NCBI GenBank assembly: GCA_951406725.2
Contig: OX597826.1
Span: 81,468,001-81,532,000, forward strand
Length of the DNA: 64,000 nucleotides
Reading direction: 5' to 3'
DNA from: Octopus vulgaris
Taxonomy: Eukaryota
The notes under the pieces were generated by a model. It saw only the letters and a list, made by a program, of their open reading frames with translations. It ran no database searches and was not told the origin of the DNA. Shown here in pieces: positions 25,076 through 37,462 of the stretch. Positions within the stretch are counted from its first letter, which is position 1. Each line of letters begins with the position of its first letter. The translations under genes were made by a program, and so were the position numbers.

Positions 25076-25666
25076 TCTACAGATTTAGAGCCGGCACTGA
25101 AAGTTATGATGTTTCATATACGAATATGTCTCTGAAAACAATGCGATCGAAGATAGAGAAATAATGAGTGTATTTTCATATTTCAGGAGTATTGTTCCAT
25201 CTTCAGAATCACATTCGAATCATTAATTATTAACATTACGTACATACCAACGATGTTTAGCAGCGTAATACTTTTGGATGGATCAACTTACATATTTTGA
25301 TATGACATTCTTAGGGACTTTTAATTACATAGGGCACAGTTTTCACTTAGGAACCTTTAGTTTATGGTAGTATATTTGCAAAACGAGTTGCAGTAATCTT
25401 ACAAGATTAGGAAAATAGAACGTTCAGGGGAGGTAATTACCCAGGGCTTTTGGCGTTGGTTGTTTCCCTTACATTGATATAGATTAATTGTGATTGATTG
25501 GTGCGTGTCTTTCAGTAGCAGTATTTCCGAATCGATGTGTGTGTGTGTATTAGACGTGTGCACCGTTTAAATTGAGGTATATGGAAAGATATGCATTAAA
25601 AAAATATTAATGATAACGGTGCTATCTACATGTATTATGCAGACCATGTGTTGGTGTGAGTATTTA

Positions 25667-25897
25667 GGGCGGCGAGCTGGCAGAATCGTTAGTACGCCGG
25701 GCGAAATGCTTAGCGGTATTTCGTCTGCTGTTATGTTCTGAGTTCAAATTCCACCGAGGTCGACTTTGCCTTCATCCTTTCGGGGTCGATTAAATAAGTA
25801 CCAGTTACGCACTGGGGTCAATGTAATTGATTTAATCCCTTTGTCTGTCCTTGTTTGTCCCCTCTGTGTTTAACCCCTTGTGGGTAGTAAAGAAATA
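25667..25897 (+). mobile_element. Full-length family A tRNA-SINE
   Basis: Same head, body and tail as the other family A copies. Confidence 0.92.
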
Positions 25898-27068
25898 TAT
25901 ATGAGAATACACATGCACATACACGCGCGTGCACACATCTTTGTATCTCTGTCCACATCTCCGTCTATGTGTATGAATGAGCAGGTGTAAGCCGAGAGAT
26001 TAAATGAATTGCCATTTATGAACTGAAGTCATCAAAGATTGAAACCATGCGCTATTCACACGACAACTGAATTTATAAGTTTCGCCAGAATGGTTAACCG
26101 CCATCACTGAGTTCTGATCAAGTGACTGAAGTCGTGGTTCGTCTTAGCAATGGAACGGAGATTCTTGTTGAAAGTTGAACAAGAAACAAATGGAACTGTA
26201 TTTCCATGAACCGGAAACGACTTACTGTCCCACAATGCATTACGTTGATTAAAATCTTCTGTCAATGGAATTAATTAAATCATTCAATGGATTAATTAAA
26301 TCAGTGAATTAATGTAATCAAGTTAATAATGGCACATTGTTGAAATAAAATTACCATATTAAAAGAATAGTTTAGACATCCGTTAACGGAACATTGAAGG
26401 TTGGGATAACAAGTTTAGAACTGTTTAATTTTGTTTGTTTTATTTGTTGACTACATCGTTATATGTGTTAAATAATTGTTTTTTAGTCCACAAAGAAGGA
26501 CGATATGCTTAGTTTTTTCTTTTCTTTTTCTAGGAACTCTGTGATAAAGTATTTACAACAGTGAAAATGTTATGAATACTTTACGCAAATATAAGTGCTC
26601 AGTTTGTTTTACTGGAGGACGTAATTTTCTTATGCCGAGTTTGAAGAAAATGAGTTGATACCGTAAAATTTGAAAGGTATTTTGGGATGGCGGATGAAAA
26701 TGGAAGATCAAACTGCAACACATCACATTCTTAAGATAAAGGCTTAGATAAAGAGTATGGCTCCTAAATACAAGAGACAAGAATGTCATGACTGCAACAC
26801 GATTCATCACAGTTTCTCAACTGCAACCGATTTGGGAAGGCATGAAAACATCAAGAACTTCGAAAGGATTTGGCCAGTGTTGGCCCAGGCCATGTCTAAC
26901 TTAATAGCACCACTTGACGAAGTCTTTCAATTCAGGATTTGGGCACCAAGGCCCATTCGAGAAGAGAGTTATTGTTTGCGAAGACATATCCGGGTGTGGG
27001 TGGTTTGTCAGGGACTGCTTGAAGGAATTTGTCCAAAGACTTCTTGAATTTTGTGTAGTCAGTTTCTG

Positions 27069-27120
<52 letters not shown>

Positions 27121-27129
27121 GAAATATTA

Positions 27130-27434
27130 AAATTACTAAGTCTCTATAAAAGAGATTACGGCAGCGTTTACTGGAAATTAATTGTTATCGCCATATTAAT
27201 ATGGCATTCTTATAGATATAAGAATAATCGCTGCCGCTGGTCAGCTCCATGAGGCCACCGCCTTAAGATAGCTATTGATACACGATCTGTATCCATTATA
27301 ACCTTCGAACAAGGGAGGTCAGCCGCTTCACACTGCCAGTCCGACAGCTACAGACGCGTTTCGGGGTATTGCCCCTTGTCAATGTAGCGCAGTCAGACCG
27401 CAGGTGTCGCCACTGACGTCTCTGTTCGAAGGTT
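27130..27434 (-). mobile_element. Family D element ending in a ~135-nt rod-like hairpin that contains a hammerhead (PLE-terminus or retrozyme-like)
   Basis: Homologous to 16684 and 36525. Hairpin arms aaccttcgaaca and tgttcgaaggtt. Confidence 0.75.
27347..27388 (-). ncRNA. Type I hammerhead ribozyme with U3-A8 compensatory core
   Basis: GCTACA-TTGACAA-GGGG-CAATA-CCCC-GAAA-CGCG-TC-TGTAGC; all three helices pair perfectly. Confidence 0.85.
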
Positions 27435-28199
27435 TATATTTACCTAGTTTCAGTTCATAAATGGCAATTCACTCCATCTCTCAGCTTACACGTTCACATT
27501 CATACACATACACATATATGTAGATGTGTACATAAATACAAACATGTGTGCACGCGCGCGTACGTGTGTGTTTGTATGCGCATGCATGCGTGCGTGAATT
27601 CTCATATATATGATTACTCTAAATACATAGGAATGGATTCGTTGGAAAATTTGGACCTATATATATATAACAAAGTGGAGTTGTAGGGTACCGCACGAGT
27701 GGAATTATATACGAAAGAAGGTTTGAAAATGCAATTTAAAAGATGTTTATTTACTTTACCGGTTTCACTCTTTGGAAAAAGATTGTCAAAAGTAACATGG
27801 AGAAGTTTGGTTGCGTTAATTATTGGTTGTTACAAATTGCTACATTACATATATACAGTCTTTGGTAACAGGGACATGTTAAGGACATAAAAAATTTCAA
27901 CAAGTTCCTTAAAATATTGGGCACAAAAGATTACTTCATAAATAATCATTCTCAAGGACATGCTTAAGATAGTTTCCAGAAGGAATTGATATTGGTATTG
28001 GTATTGTATCTGTATATTCAATCATGCACAGAATATTGGTTGACACAGAGTACTACAATCCATATAAATATACATTCTTTGGTGACAAGAGCATGTTGAG
28101 AATATAAAAGAGTTTAACAATATTCTGTGCATGTTTGAATATACAAAAACAATACCTCTTCAATGTGAATGTAGGTAATGGATGCAGTCTTTTTTCTGC

Positions 28200-28780
28200 T
28201 GAGTGATGTTGTCAAAGAAATCAGCTGGGGTCCTTTATCTGCAAGGGACTCAGAGGAGAAGTGAAAACACTCTTGAATTGCGCACTAAGCACTTCACTTA
28301 TCCATTTGGGGTCCACAGTCAGTGAGCCATTAGGCAGGAATAGGGGTCCTATTTTGTACTGTGCCGTGGCAGTCTCCTTTGCAAGTCTATAGAAAGCCTT
28401 GGGGTTTGTTTTTATGCATTCTATTGCTCTCTTCTCCTTCTCCGCTCTCTCCTTTTCATGGGAGAGTTTAATTTTGTTTTCTATTTCTAACAGTGTTAAT
28501 TCTAATTTAGCCCTTTTCCTATCCCCCAAGGTTTCTTATTCAACTGCTTTGAGTCCTTTGTTCTGTGTCTCATAAGGATTTTCCTGTCTCTGGGAATTCT
28601 ATTGGCATGTTTGCCGGCCTTTCCCTCTGGCACATATTTGGTGCATATGTCTTGTACAGAAAGGCTGTCACGCCGGTTTTGATTTCGAATCTCTTTGCCA
28701 ATTGACTTCCAGTCCGACCTGACGAAATTCAGGTTGGATATGGCTTGAGTCCTCCCGATGGTGGGGTGGGTGTCAGCGGG
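28200..28780 (-). mobile_element. CR1-type LINE inter-domain fragment
   Basis: IKTNPKAFYRLAK..IGPL..GSL..SEVLSAQFKSVFT and NFVRSDW. Confidence 0.75.
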
Positions 28781-28829
28781 TTGTCTAGGACCATACATGG
28801 TTCTGGGTTCAGTCCCACTGTGTGGTGAC

Positions 28830-30775
28830 TTGGAAGGACAGCATATGTTCAAAAAGATTTCCAAGGAGGTTCCTACAAGAAACTCAGACAGGTGCTGATG
28901 GGTATCCATCATACAGACGCAGAAAACCAGAAGGCGGAGGTTTCACAGCAACTATCGGACAGCACGATATTGATAATAGATGGATTGTTCCATACTGCCC
29001 ACTCCTGTCAAAGACTTTCAATGCCCACATCAACGTTGAGTTTTGCAACTCCGTTAAATCCATCAAGTACGTTTGCAAATATGTAAACAAGGGTTCTGAC
29101 GCTGCAATGTTTGGACTTCAACAACAATACTGCCATGATGTGGTGACGCTTTATCAGGTGGGACGGTACATAAGTAGCAACGAGGCTTTCTGGCGCATCT
29201 TTGGCTTTCCAATTCACCAACGACACCCCGCCATTCAACAGCTTGCAGTGCACCTGGAAAATGGTCAAAGAGTGTACTTCACCGATGATAATGCTTTTCT
29301 GTTGACAGATGAACCAAGGGATAGTACACTCACTGCATTCTTCAAGCTTTGTCAAGTGGATCCATTCGCTCAAACCTTGCTGCATCCACAGATTCCATCG
29401 TGCTACACTTGGAATGGAAAAAAATGGGCCCCACGGAAAGCAGGTCAAAATGTTCATGGGTACCCTAGCATTAAGTTTCACACTTGCCTTGGGCGAGTAT
29501 ACACAGTGCATCCCACTCAACAAGAGTGCTTCTACCTTCGTCTACTACTGCATGAGGTCAGAGGGCCAACGTATTTCCAGGCCCTAAAAACCGTTCATGG
29601 ACATGTCTGCACAACATACAGAGAAGCCTGCTATCGACAAGGTCTGTTAGAAGATGGTGCACAATGGGATGCAAGCTCAACTGCTCTATCCTGACATGGA
29701 GGGTATCAGCAATGAAATCTATAACAAAACACTCATTGACATTGAAGACAGAATTGCTAAACTGGGTGGAAATGAATTGTCCATATATGGCCTGCCACAA
29801 GCATTCAGGTCAGGGTCAAATAGCCTTCCCACTGCTGTCATTCGTGAAACAACCTACGACACTCAAGCGCTTTCAGAGTACATTGTTGAAAATGAGCCTA
29901 AATTACTTCCGGATCAGCTGCAGGCCTACAGAACTATTCTTAACAGTGTACGCCAACGCGAGGGACGAATTTTCTTCCTCGATGCTCCTGGAGGGACAGG
30001 AAAAACATTTATTACAAAGCTTCTCCTTGCAGAAGTTAGGTAGCATCAGGACATTGCAGTAGCTGTAGCCTCCTCTGGCATTGCAGCTACTTTGTTACCT
30101 GGTGGCAGGACAGCACACTCAACTTTTAAACTCCCTCTCAATTTAGCAGCATCCGAAATGCCTTCATGCAACATCAACAAAAGCTCAGATCAGGGACAAG
30201 TACTTAAAATGTGTCATCTAATTGTCTGGGATGAGTGCACTATGGCTTACAAGGGAGTTTTGGAAGCATTAGATAGAGCCCTGAAAGACACCCGAGACTG
30301 TCAGGCTGCAATGGGAGGTGTAACGCTTCTGTTGTCAGGTGATTTCAGGCAAACTTCCTGTCGTTCCGAAAGGCACTAGAGCTGATGAAGTTCAAGCATG
30401 CCTAAAGTCCTCTACCCTGTGGCATCATGTTACAATCTTTAGTCTCACCACTAACATGAGAGCTCAGCTACACGGCGACAAAATGTCCACAAAGTTTGCA
30501 CAGGACATTTTGACACTTGATGAAGGCAAGATGCCTCTCGATGCTGCAGGACAAATGGAAGTGTGGTCATTTCCCTCTGTTGTTAATTCTGTAGATGACC
30601 TCAAAAACAAAGTCTTTCCCAACTTCACACAAAACTACCAAAATTACAATTGGCTGTGTGAAAGAGCAATATTAGCTCCAAAAACGTCGCTGTTAACAAA
30701 ATTAATCAACAGCTAATGCATTCTCTTCCCAGCACTATACACACTTACAAGTCTGTTGATACAATTGCAAAGCGA
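28830..30775 (+). pseudogene. Helitron RepHel, first part (stops, frameshifts and a probable internal deletion near 29675)
   Basis: ORFs 28822, 29654, 30092, 30339 and the start of 30716 join into one colinear protein. Confidence 0.9.
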
Positions 30776-30779
30776 GACA

Positions 30780-31925
30780 CTGTGATTGTGACGGTGGTGG
30801 TGGTGGTGGTGGTGGTGGTGGTGGTCATGGTTGTGGTGGTTATGGTGGTAGTGGTGATGGTGGTGGTGGTGGTGGTGGTCATGGTGGGAGTGGTGGTGGT
30901 GGTGTTTGTGGCAGAGTTGTCCTTTGATTGTGAAGCTGTCGTCTGGGTTCTTCCAATTTTTCTTTGTGTCGGTGGCGGAGTTGGCCTCCATGCTCGCACC
31001 TGCACCTGTGTTCCTTCTCCCCTTCCTCCCTCCTTCGTGAAGCTGTGGGGAAGGCAGGGTAGGAAAATCAACGTCGTAAGCATTGTCAAGGAGACCAGTG
31101 ACCTTTTCCCCGACGACTTCATGGCTTTCAAGTCGCCAAAACAGAAATGGTTAAGAAAGCCCGAAAACAAATTTACAAAATGGGGGAAATACGCCACACA
31201 GGGAAGGTTTCCCGTGCAAAGAATTTGAAGAACCGAATGCTTTAGTTGTTGCACAACTTTTACATAAAAAATATTATCCAAACACAAACTTTTGAAGGCA
31301 ATATTGTATGGCGATGGTACTTGTGAAATATGGTAATAGATTTAGTAGCCAAAAGGAGAGAGCAGAGGTATAGTATGGTGGTGGTGGTGTTGGTAGCGGT
31401 GAAAATAGCAACGGCGGAGGTGGTAGTGGCGGTAGTGGTGGCGGTGGTGGTGGTGGTGGCGATGTTGGCGTCCATGCTCGCACCTGCACCTGCACCTGTT
31501 TTGCTCCTTCCCTCCTTCATGAAGCTGTGGGGAAGGCAGAGTAGGGAAATCAACGTCGTAAGCGTTGTCAAGGAGACCAGCCTTCTTTTAGAACAACGAC
31601 TTCATGGCTTTGAAGTCGCCAAAACAGAAATGGCTAAGAAAGCCGAAAGCAAATTCTAAAAAATCGAGAAATACGCCACACAGGGCAGGTTTCCCGTGCA
31701 AAGAATTTGAACAACCGAATGTTTTAGTTGTTGCACAACTTTTACATTAAAAATATTATCCGAACACAAACTTTTGAAGTTTAGTATTGTCTTTTTTAAT
31801 TTTTAACGCTTGTGCAAAATTGTATTTGTTTTTGGTGGTAGTGTTGGTGTCACTTGTAGTGGTTGAGGTTGTAGTGGTGTTGTTGTTGGCAGTTGGCAGA
31901 TGGCAAAACGACGATATCTTTGCTG

Positions 31926-31957
<32 letters not shown>

Positions 31958-31965
31958 GGTGGTGG
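30780..31965. repeat. ~1.2-kb insert in the helicase: (GGT)n tracts alternating with two direct copies of a ~310-bp unit (about 30987-31297 and 31471-31779)
   Basis: Direct repeat seen. The helicase stops at YKSVDTI and resumes at [13 protein letters not shown]. Confidence 0.85.
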
Positions 31966-32432
31966 TGGAATTTCTCAATTCACTGGAGCCTCCTGGACTA
32001 CCTCCATACATATTAGCACTTAAAGTTGGAACTCCTGTAATGCTACCCCGCAATCTGGAACCACCAAGACTTTGCAATGGAACACGACTGGTGATAAAGA
32101 AAATGATGTCACACGTTATCGAGGCGATCATTCTTTCTGGATGTGGAAAAGGTGATGACGTCTTTATTCCAAGAATTCCTCTTACTCCATCAGGAGCAGA
32201 AATTCCACTTACATTCAGAAGACTGCAATTCCCCCTTCGTGTCAGCTTTGCCATGTCCATTAACAAATCTCAGGGTCAAACCCTCTCTGTAGCTGGTCTT
32301 CTCTTGGAAGAGCCCTGCTTCTCGCATGAGCAACTGTATGTTGGCTGCTCAAGAGTAGGAACCAAAAGAAACCTTTTTGTATATGCTCCACAAGGAAAAT
32401 CAAGGAACATTGTTTACAACAAGGTGTTATAA
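31965..32432 (+). pseudogene. Helitron PIF1 helicase C-terminus
   Basis: ORF 31893..32432 carries the C-terminal helicase motifs. Confidence 0.92.
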
Positions 32433-32537
32433 TCTCAACAGCCAGGAGGTATATACACGATCCCCTCTTTTTTAACAAACTTCATGTACTTTCATGTATT
32501 TATATTAATATACATATGTGTGTGTGTGTGTGTGTAT

Positions 32538-32581
<44 letters not shown>

Positions 32582-32628
32582 CAGAAAAGTCTAATTCTTC
32601 AATTGAATGTAACCGGGTATCTCTGCTA

Positions 32629-32661
<33 letters not shown>

Positions 32662-32668
<7 letters not shown>

Positions 32669-33372
32669 ACAATAATCGTCAGCTGTAATTCATAGACATT
32701 TAAGGCATCACTACGCGCGTTTCCCCATTCACATGTCTCTTGAGATCACAGGCCGTATTCATGAGATGATTACATTGTAGACCGTAGTAATCGAAGGCAT
32801 CGGTAAGAGCATCCTCACGGGTTCATTTCTTCAGGCGATATAGCATTAATGGATGTTTACCAGACAATGAATTCCTAGTAAATTCGTACAGCTGACGGCT
32901 GTAGTGGCCGAACCGATTGACCTGTTTGCTTTGGGATTAATTGAAGAAAGTCAGGCTTTAAACGAGATCGAACAAAGGAATGTACGATCCATCATTGTCA
33001 TCTGCAGACTGAATAGCAAAATAATCATAAATCACCACAAATACCCCCTTCCCCATATAACTACCATTCCTTGCTCTCCTTGCATCGCTGCTCCTCCCCA
33101 CCAAATACTCATAGAAATACCCCCATAAGTCTTCCAACCTGGTCAAAAGGAATCAACATCCCTCTGGTAAACATCCTTTAATGTTATATCTCCTGAAGAA
33201 ATGAATTCATGAAGATGATCTCGCCAATGTCTTCGGATACTATGGAATACGCTGTAATCATCTCAGGAATACGGACTGTGATCTTAAGAGACATGTGATT
33301 TACGGAAACGCGCGTAGCGATGCATTAAATGTTTGTAAATTCCAGCCAAGGACTATTGTTATTGTTACTATA
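32662..33372. repeat. Head-to-head inverted repeat (~200-bp diverged arms, ~300-bp spacer); both arms carry split hammerhead cores
   Basis: Left arm (-, 32707-32839) reads ATCGC-CTGAAGA...GAAA-CGCGCG-TA-GTGAT. Right arm (+, 33188-33321) reads ATCTC-CTGAAGA...GAAA-CGCGCG-TA-GCGAT. Confidence 0.75.
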
Positions 33373-33547
33373 GTTATCTAACATTATATTGGTACAGCTC
33401 GATGCAACCCCAAAAAACTGGTTCATAAGTCAGTATCATCAGATTGTGGCCGGCATAATGGAATGGCAGCTTTATTGGCATATTCAAAACGTTTCCCGGA
33501 AACGAATTCTCCCTCTCTCTCCCTCTTCTTCTCCTCCCCCTCTCCTT

Positions 33548-33605
<58 letters not shown>

Positions 33606-33667
33606 CTTCAGGATTAATCCTGAAAGTATTTATGTAACGCACGAACTTATTAATTTTTGACCCATTT

Positions 33668-34080
33668 TACTCTTTTTACTCTTTTACTTGTTTCAGTCAT
33701 TTGACTGTGGCCATGCTGGAGCACCGCCTTTTAATCGACAAATCGACCCCGGGACTTATTCTTTTGTAAGCCCAGTACTTATTCTATCGGTCTCTTTTGC
33801 CGAACCGCTAAGTAACGGGGACATAAATACACCAGCATCGGTTGTCAAGCAATGCTAGGGGACATACACAGACACACAAACACACACACGCATATATATA
33901 TATATATACATATATACGACGGGCTTCTTTCAGTTTCCGTCTACCAAATCCACTCACAAGGCTTTGGTTGGCCCGAGGCTATAGTAGAAGACACTTGCCC
34001 AGGGTGCCACGCAGTGGGACTGAACCCGGAACCATGTGGTTGGTAGACAAGCTACTTACCACACAACCACTCCTGCGCCT
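33668..34080 (-). mobile_element. Full-length tRNA-derived SINE (family C) with a CR1-type tail
   Basis: Head ggcgcaggagtggttgtgtgg..gggttcagtcc and tail ggcggtgctccagcatggccacagtcaaatgactgaaac. TSD acccattt at 33660 and 34081. Confidence 0.9.
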
Positions 34081-34983
34081 ACCCATTTGTAGCAGAATGG
34101 TAACGAATTTAATGCCAAAATGAAGAGAATTACGGGAAGACTAATTCCTTGGAGAAATTCCTTTGAAATATTTTTAACATTGGAGACAATCCCTCAGTTA
34201 TGAGTGTGAGAATTGTTTCCCAGGTTAATGGCAGACACTAAAGTATTGGGTACTTTTACCAAATGTAGCCATAAGTAGGGGAACAGAGTGGAATGCTTTT
34301 CTGTAATCAAGCCTCCGAATGGTCCCTTAATATCGCTCGAGTAAAAAGAAAATGTATTTTGTGGGAGTCATTATTAAAAGATAATGCAGACACACATAAT
34401 ACACACAGACATATCGTATATGAATATTTCATAGAAAACTGCTACTGTCTTGTCAAACAGACGCTAGATTAGGGTAAGTTAAGATATATTCTTTATTCGT
34501 GGAAAAGTTTGTACATGGAAAAACTAAGGTAGAATAAAATGAGACAGGAGTAGAAGAGAAAAGAGAGAAAAAAATGGAAGGGATTAATTTGTAAAAAAGG
34601 TTGTCTTTTACGTCAATTAGATAAAAATTCAAACGTGTGAACATAACTGACGTAAGATTTCAGTTTTTAGTCTTTCGATAGGAATCTGCTTGAGCAGAGC
34701 TGACTCGCGATAAACACGAAACCTCTTAGAGAGTCAGTGTTGCTGCGTAATGGAGAGTCATTAGAATGTCCAGGAAAAATAATGCTTAGCAAAATTTGTT
34801 CCAGCACTCTACCCTCTGATTTCGAACAGAATTCTTTGTGACATGGCAATAGTGACAGGCTCACAAATATCACGTGGATCAATAATTTAATTAGAGCAAC
34901 AATACGTTAATGAGAGCAGCCTCACACTTGTATCGATAATGAAAACAAACGGACTTGGAATTGAAGCGGAATAAAATTAGAAC

Positions 34984-35295
34984 ATTCTGTTGTGTCTGGG
35001 GAGAGTCATTTTCTTTTTGTGCCTTATAATCTAACACACTCACCGGTAAAATTTCCACTTTTTAAAAAATTTTTATTGTCCTAAAATTTTCGTGGCGTCT
35101 TGCAACCTTTTCAATAGTTTTGCAAGACGCAACGAAAATTTTAGGAAAATAAAAGTAAAAAAAAATGGAAATTTTACCCGTGAGTGTGTTAAATTATAAA
35201 GCACAAAAGAAAATGACTCTCCCCAGACACAACAGAATATGCTTCAACACACGAACTCATATAAAGAATCTTGCAAACCAAATCCAAAAACGAAA
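34984..35295. repeat. Head-to-head inverted repeat with a U3-A8 hammerhead at 35081-35117 (-)
   Basis: CTA-TTGAAAA-G-GTTGC-AAGAC-GCCAC-GAAA-AT-TT-TAG. The right arm reads GCAAC, which restores helix II. Confidence 0.8.
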
Positions 35296-35872
35296 AATTA
35301 GAACAAAAAATACAAAAAACATTGTTTTGGCTGATAATTTGCCCCAAATGGGTACTACTCGGGGCAAACCTAAAACTAAATTCTTCATAGTCGTAACCTT
35401 TCCGTCGTTATTTCAGAATATATCTCTCGTACATTAGATAATGTCGAATTTCTTTTTAAGAGAGGTTTGATTTGGGGAAGATTTGGCAATTCAAGTAGAT
35501 TGGTTGAGCAGATGGAGATCGCCTCATTAGTTTTGCCTTCTGTTCAGATCCATTTAGTTTTCACCTGTTTCAGGGAGGTCGATAAAATAAGTTACCAGTT
35601 ATGTCGATTTAATGGACTAAACTCTCCACCAAAATCTTCGCCACACAAAGAAGCTAAAAGGCCAGAGCGAGATGGTTGCGACCTTCTAGAAACTGCTGCC
35701 AAATCTTCCATTATAACAGCCAACCATTTTCTTCTGAAACAAGGAATATCTTGAATAATGCAGTTCTTAATGTATAAAGCAACGCAAAGGTCATATTGTG
35801 TGTAACAACTTTGGTCCTCTCTCTGTTCTCACCTGGCCAGTTTTATGATAACATGATTGGAAGCAAAGTGAA

Positions 35873-36200
35873 GGTGTGTAGCTTAGGGGTTAGAGTAGTC
35901 AGCTCACGATCGTGAGGTCATGAGTTCGATTCCCGGGAGCACGTTTTATCCTTGAGCGAGACACTTCGTTTCACACTGCTCTCGTCCACTCAGATGGCAA
36001 AAATGAGTAGTACCTGTAATTCCAAAGGAGAGAAGCCTTGTCACAATCTGTGTCCCCTGCTGAACCTCACCAAGAACTATGTTAAGAGTGTGCGTGTGGA
36101 GCGGTCAGTCACTTGCATGTGGATTTTACGAGCGAGCTGTTCCGTTGATCGGATCAACTGGAACACTGGTCGTCGTCGTAACCGACGGAGAACCAGTTGG
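35873..36200 (+). mobile_element. Older tRNA-derived SINE
   Basis: A box tagcttaggggtt, B box gagttcgattccc, then a ccttgagcgagacactt core-like segment. Confidence 0.7.
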
Positions 36201-36524
36201 ACGCATGGTAAATAGGAGACCACAACTGAGAACAGACAATACAGTCATAAGTGCAATGCTTTCGATTCTGAGATTTATCGATCGTCACGACAACAACCAG
36301 AACAGCAAAAGGAAATTTGCTAGCAATGTATGTAGCACTATAAAAAACAAACAAGATTTCTACATCCGGTACAACTTTAATCGTAAGTCTGCTTAATCAG
36401 GATACTTGGAAACAAACAAGAGGTGGGCTTATGATCAAGAATATTCTAGGCGTTACATCACGTCATTTTTCTTCTTCAGTTTGTCATTTTTTTAAAAGAC
36501 GATATCAGTGTATAGAAATACTAA

Positions 36525-36835
36525 TATTTCTAAATTTTTCTAAAGGAGACCACGGCAGCGGTACTGGATATCAATAGTTATCGCCAAGCTAACATGGCAG
36601 TCCAGATAAATAGGACGGATGCTGTCGTTCATTAGCTCCAAGAGGCCATCGGCTCTAGATATCTATGTAACACACAAACCCTGACCTCCCCTGTTCGAAG
36701 GTTGTAATGGACACAGGTTTGTTTGTCACATAACTAACTAGAGGTGATGGCCTATTGGAGCTAATCAACGGCAGCATTCGTCCTATTTTTCTGGACTGCC
36801 GTGTTAGCTTGGCGATAACTATTAATATCAGTGTA
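36525..36835. repeat. Family D inverted pair with the hammerhead hairpin missing at the junction
   Basis: 36682-36712 is the reverse complement of about 27292-27322, and the two arms mirror each other. Confidence 0.8.
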
Positions 36836-37387
36836 ACTTGATGGAAATTTGGCTGCTACTTTTAAAAGATGGAAAAGATTGTCGAAGTTGAAATGACTGG
36901 AGAAACTAGAGAATCGGATGAGTTGTTGGAACGTCTTCGTTGTGGCTTTCGGTATTTTGAGTTCAAATCTCGCCGAAGTCATCTTTGTGCTTCATCCTTT
37001 CAGGATCGATAAATAATGCATCAATGCAGAAATAAAATAGTTTCTTTCTTTCTCTTACGAAGAAGAAGAAGAAGAAGAAGTAATCGGCTGTGGTTATTTC
37101 TTGAGAAGGATGAACTCCGCTACATCACGGCATGGCTTCTATGACTCTATCAAGTGTTGAGGCCTCAAGTCATGACCATGTTAGACACCCGTAATAGAGA
37201 GAGAGAGGTGGAAGATCGAAACCGGATCACATAATTTACAGTCTCATCACATTTAAATTCCTTAACAAAAGAAACCCTAATTTCTGTTGTCATTTCTCAT
37301 AAATCGTCAAAAGAAAATAACATTTTGATAACTTTCATCTTCCATATTTCTTTTGCTAGGATCGATTTGGATTCTACCCCAGTTACC

Positions 37388-37462
<75 letters not shown>

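Larger units (their letters stand above)
28830..32629 (+). mobile_element. 5'-truncated Helitron (Rep C-terminus plus PIF1 helicase) with CTAG 3' end
   Basis: Rep motifs DNRWIVPY, HINVEFC, KYVCKYVNKG and HLENGQRVYF. Helicase motifs [52 protein letters not shown] and LYVGCSRV. Ends cgggtatctctgCTAG|T at 32629. Confidence 0.93.

Noticed and set aside
25667-25760. tRNA gene
   Set aside because: A and B boxes are present, but the sequence continues into a multi-copy SINE body and I see no complete cloverleaf.
26060-26120. Minus-strand GTGATGG...GAAA with AACT/AGTT flanks
   Set aside because: Too many core mismatches.
30713-31659. Poly-Val, poly-Thr and poly-His ORFs
   Set aside because: They arise from (GGT)n tracts in the Helitron insert.
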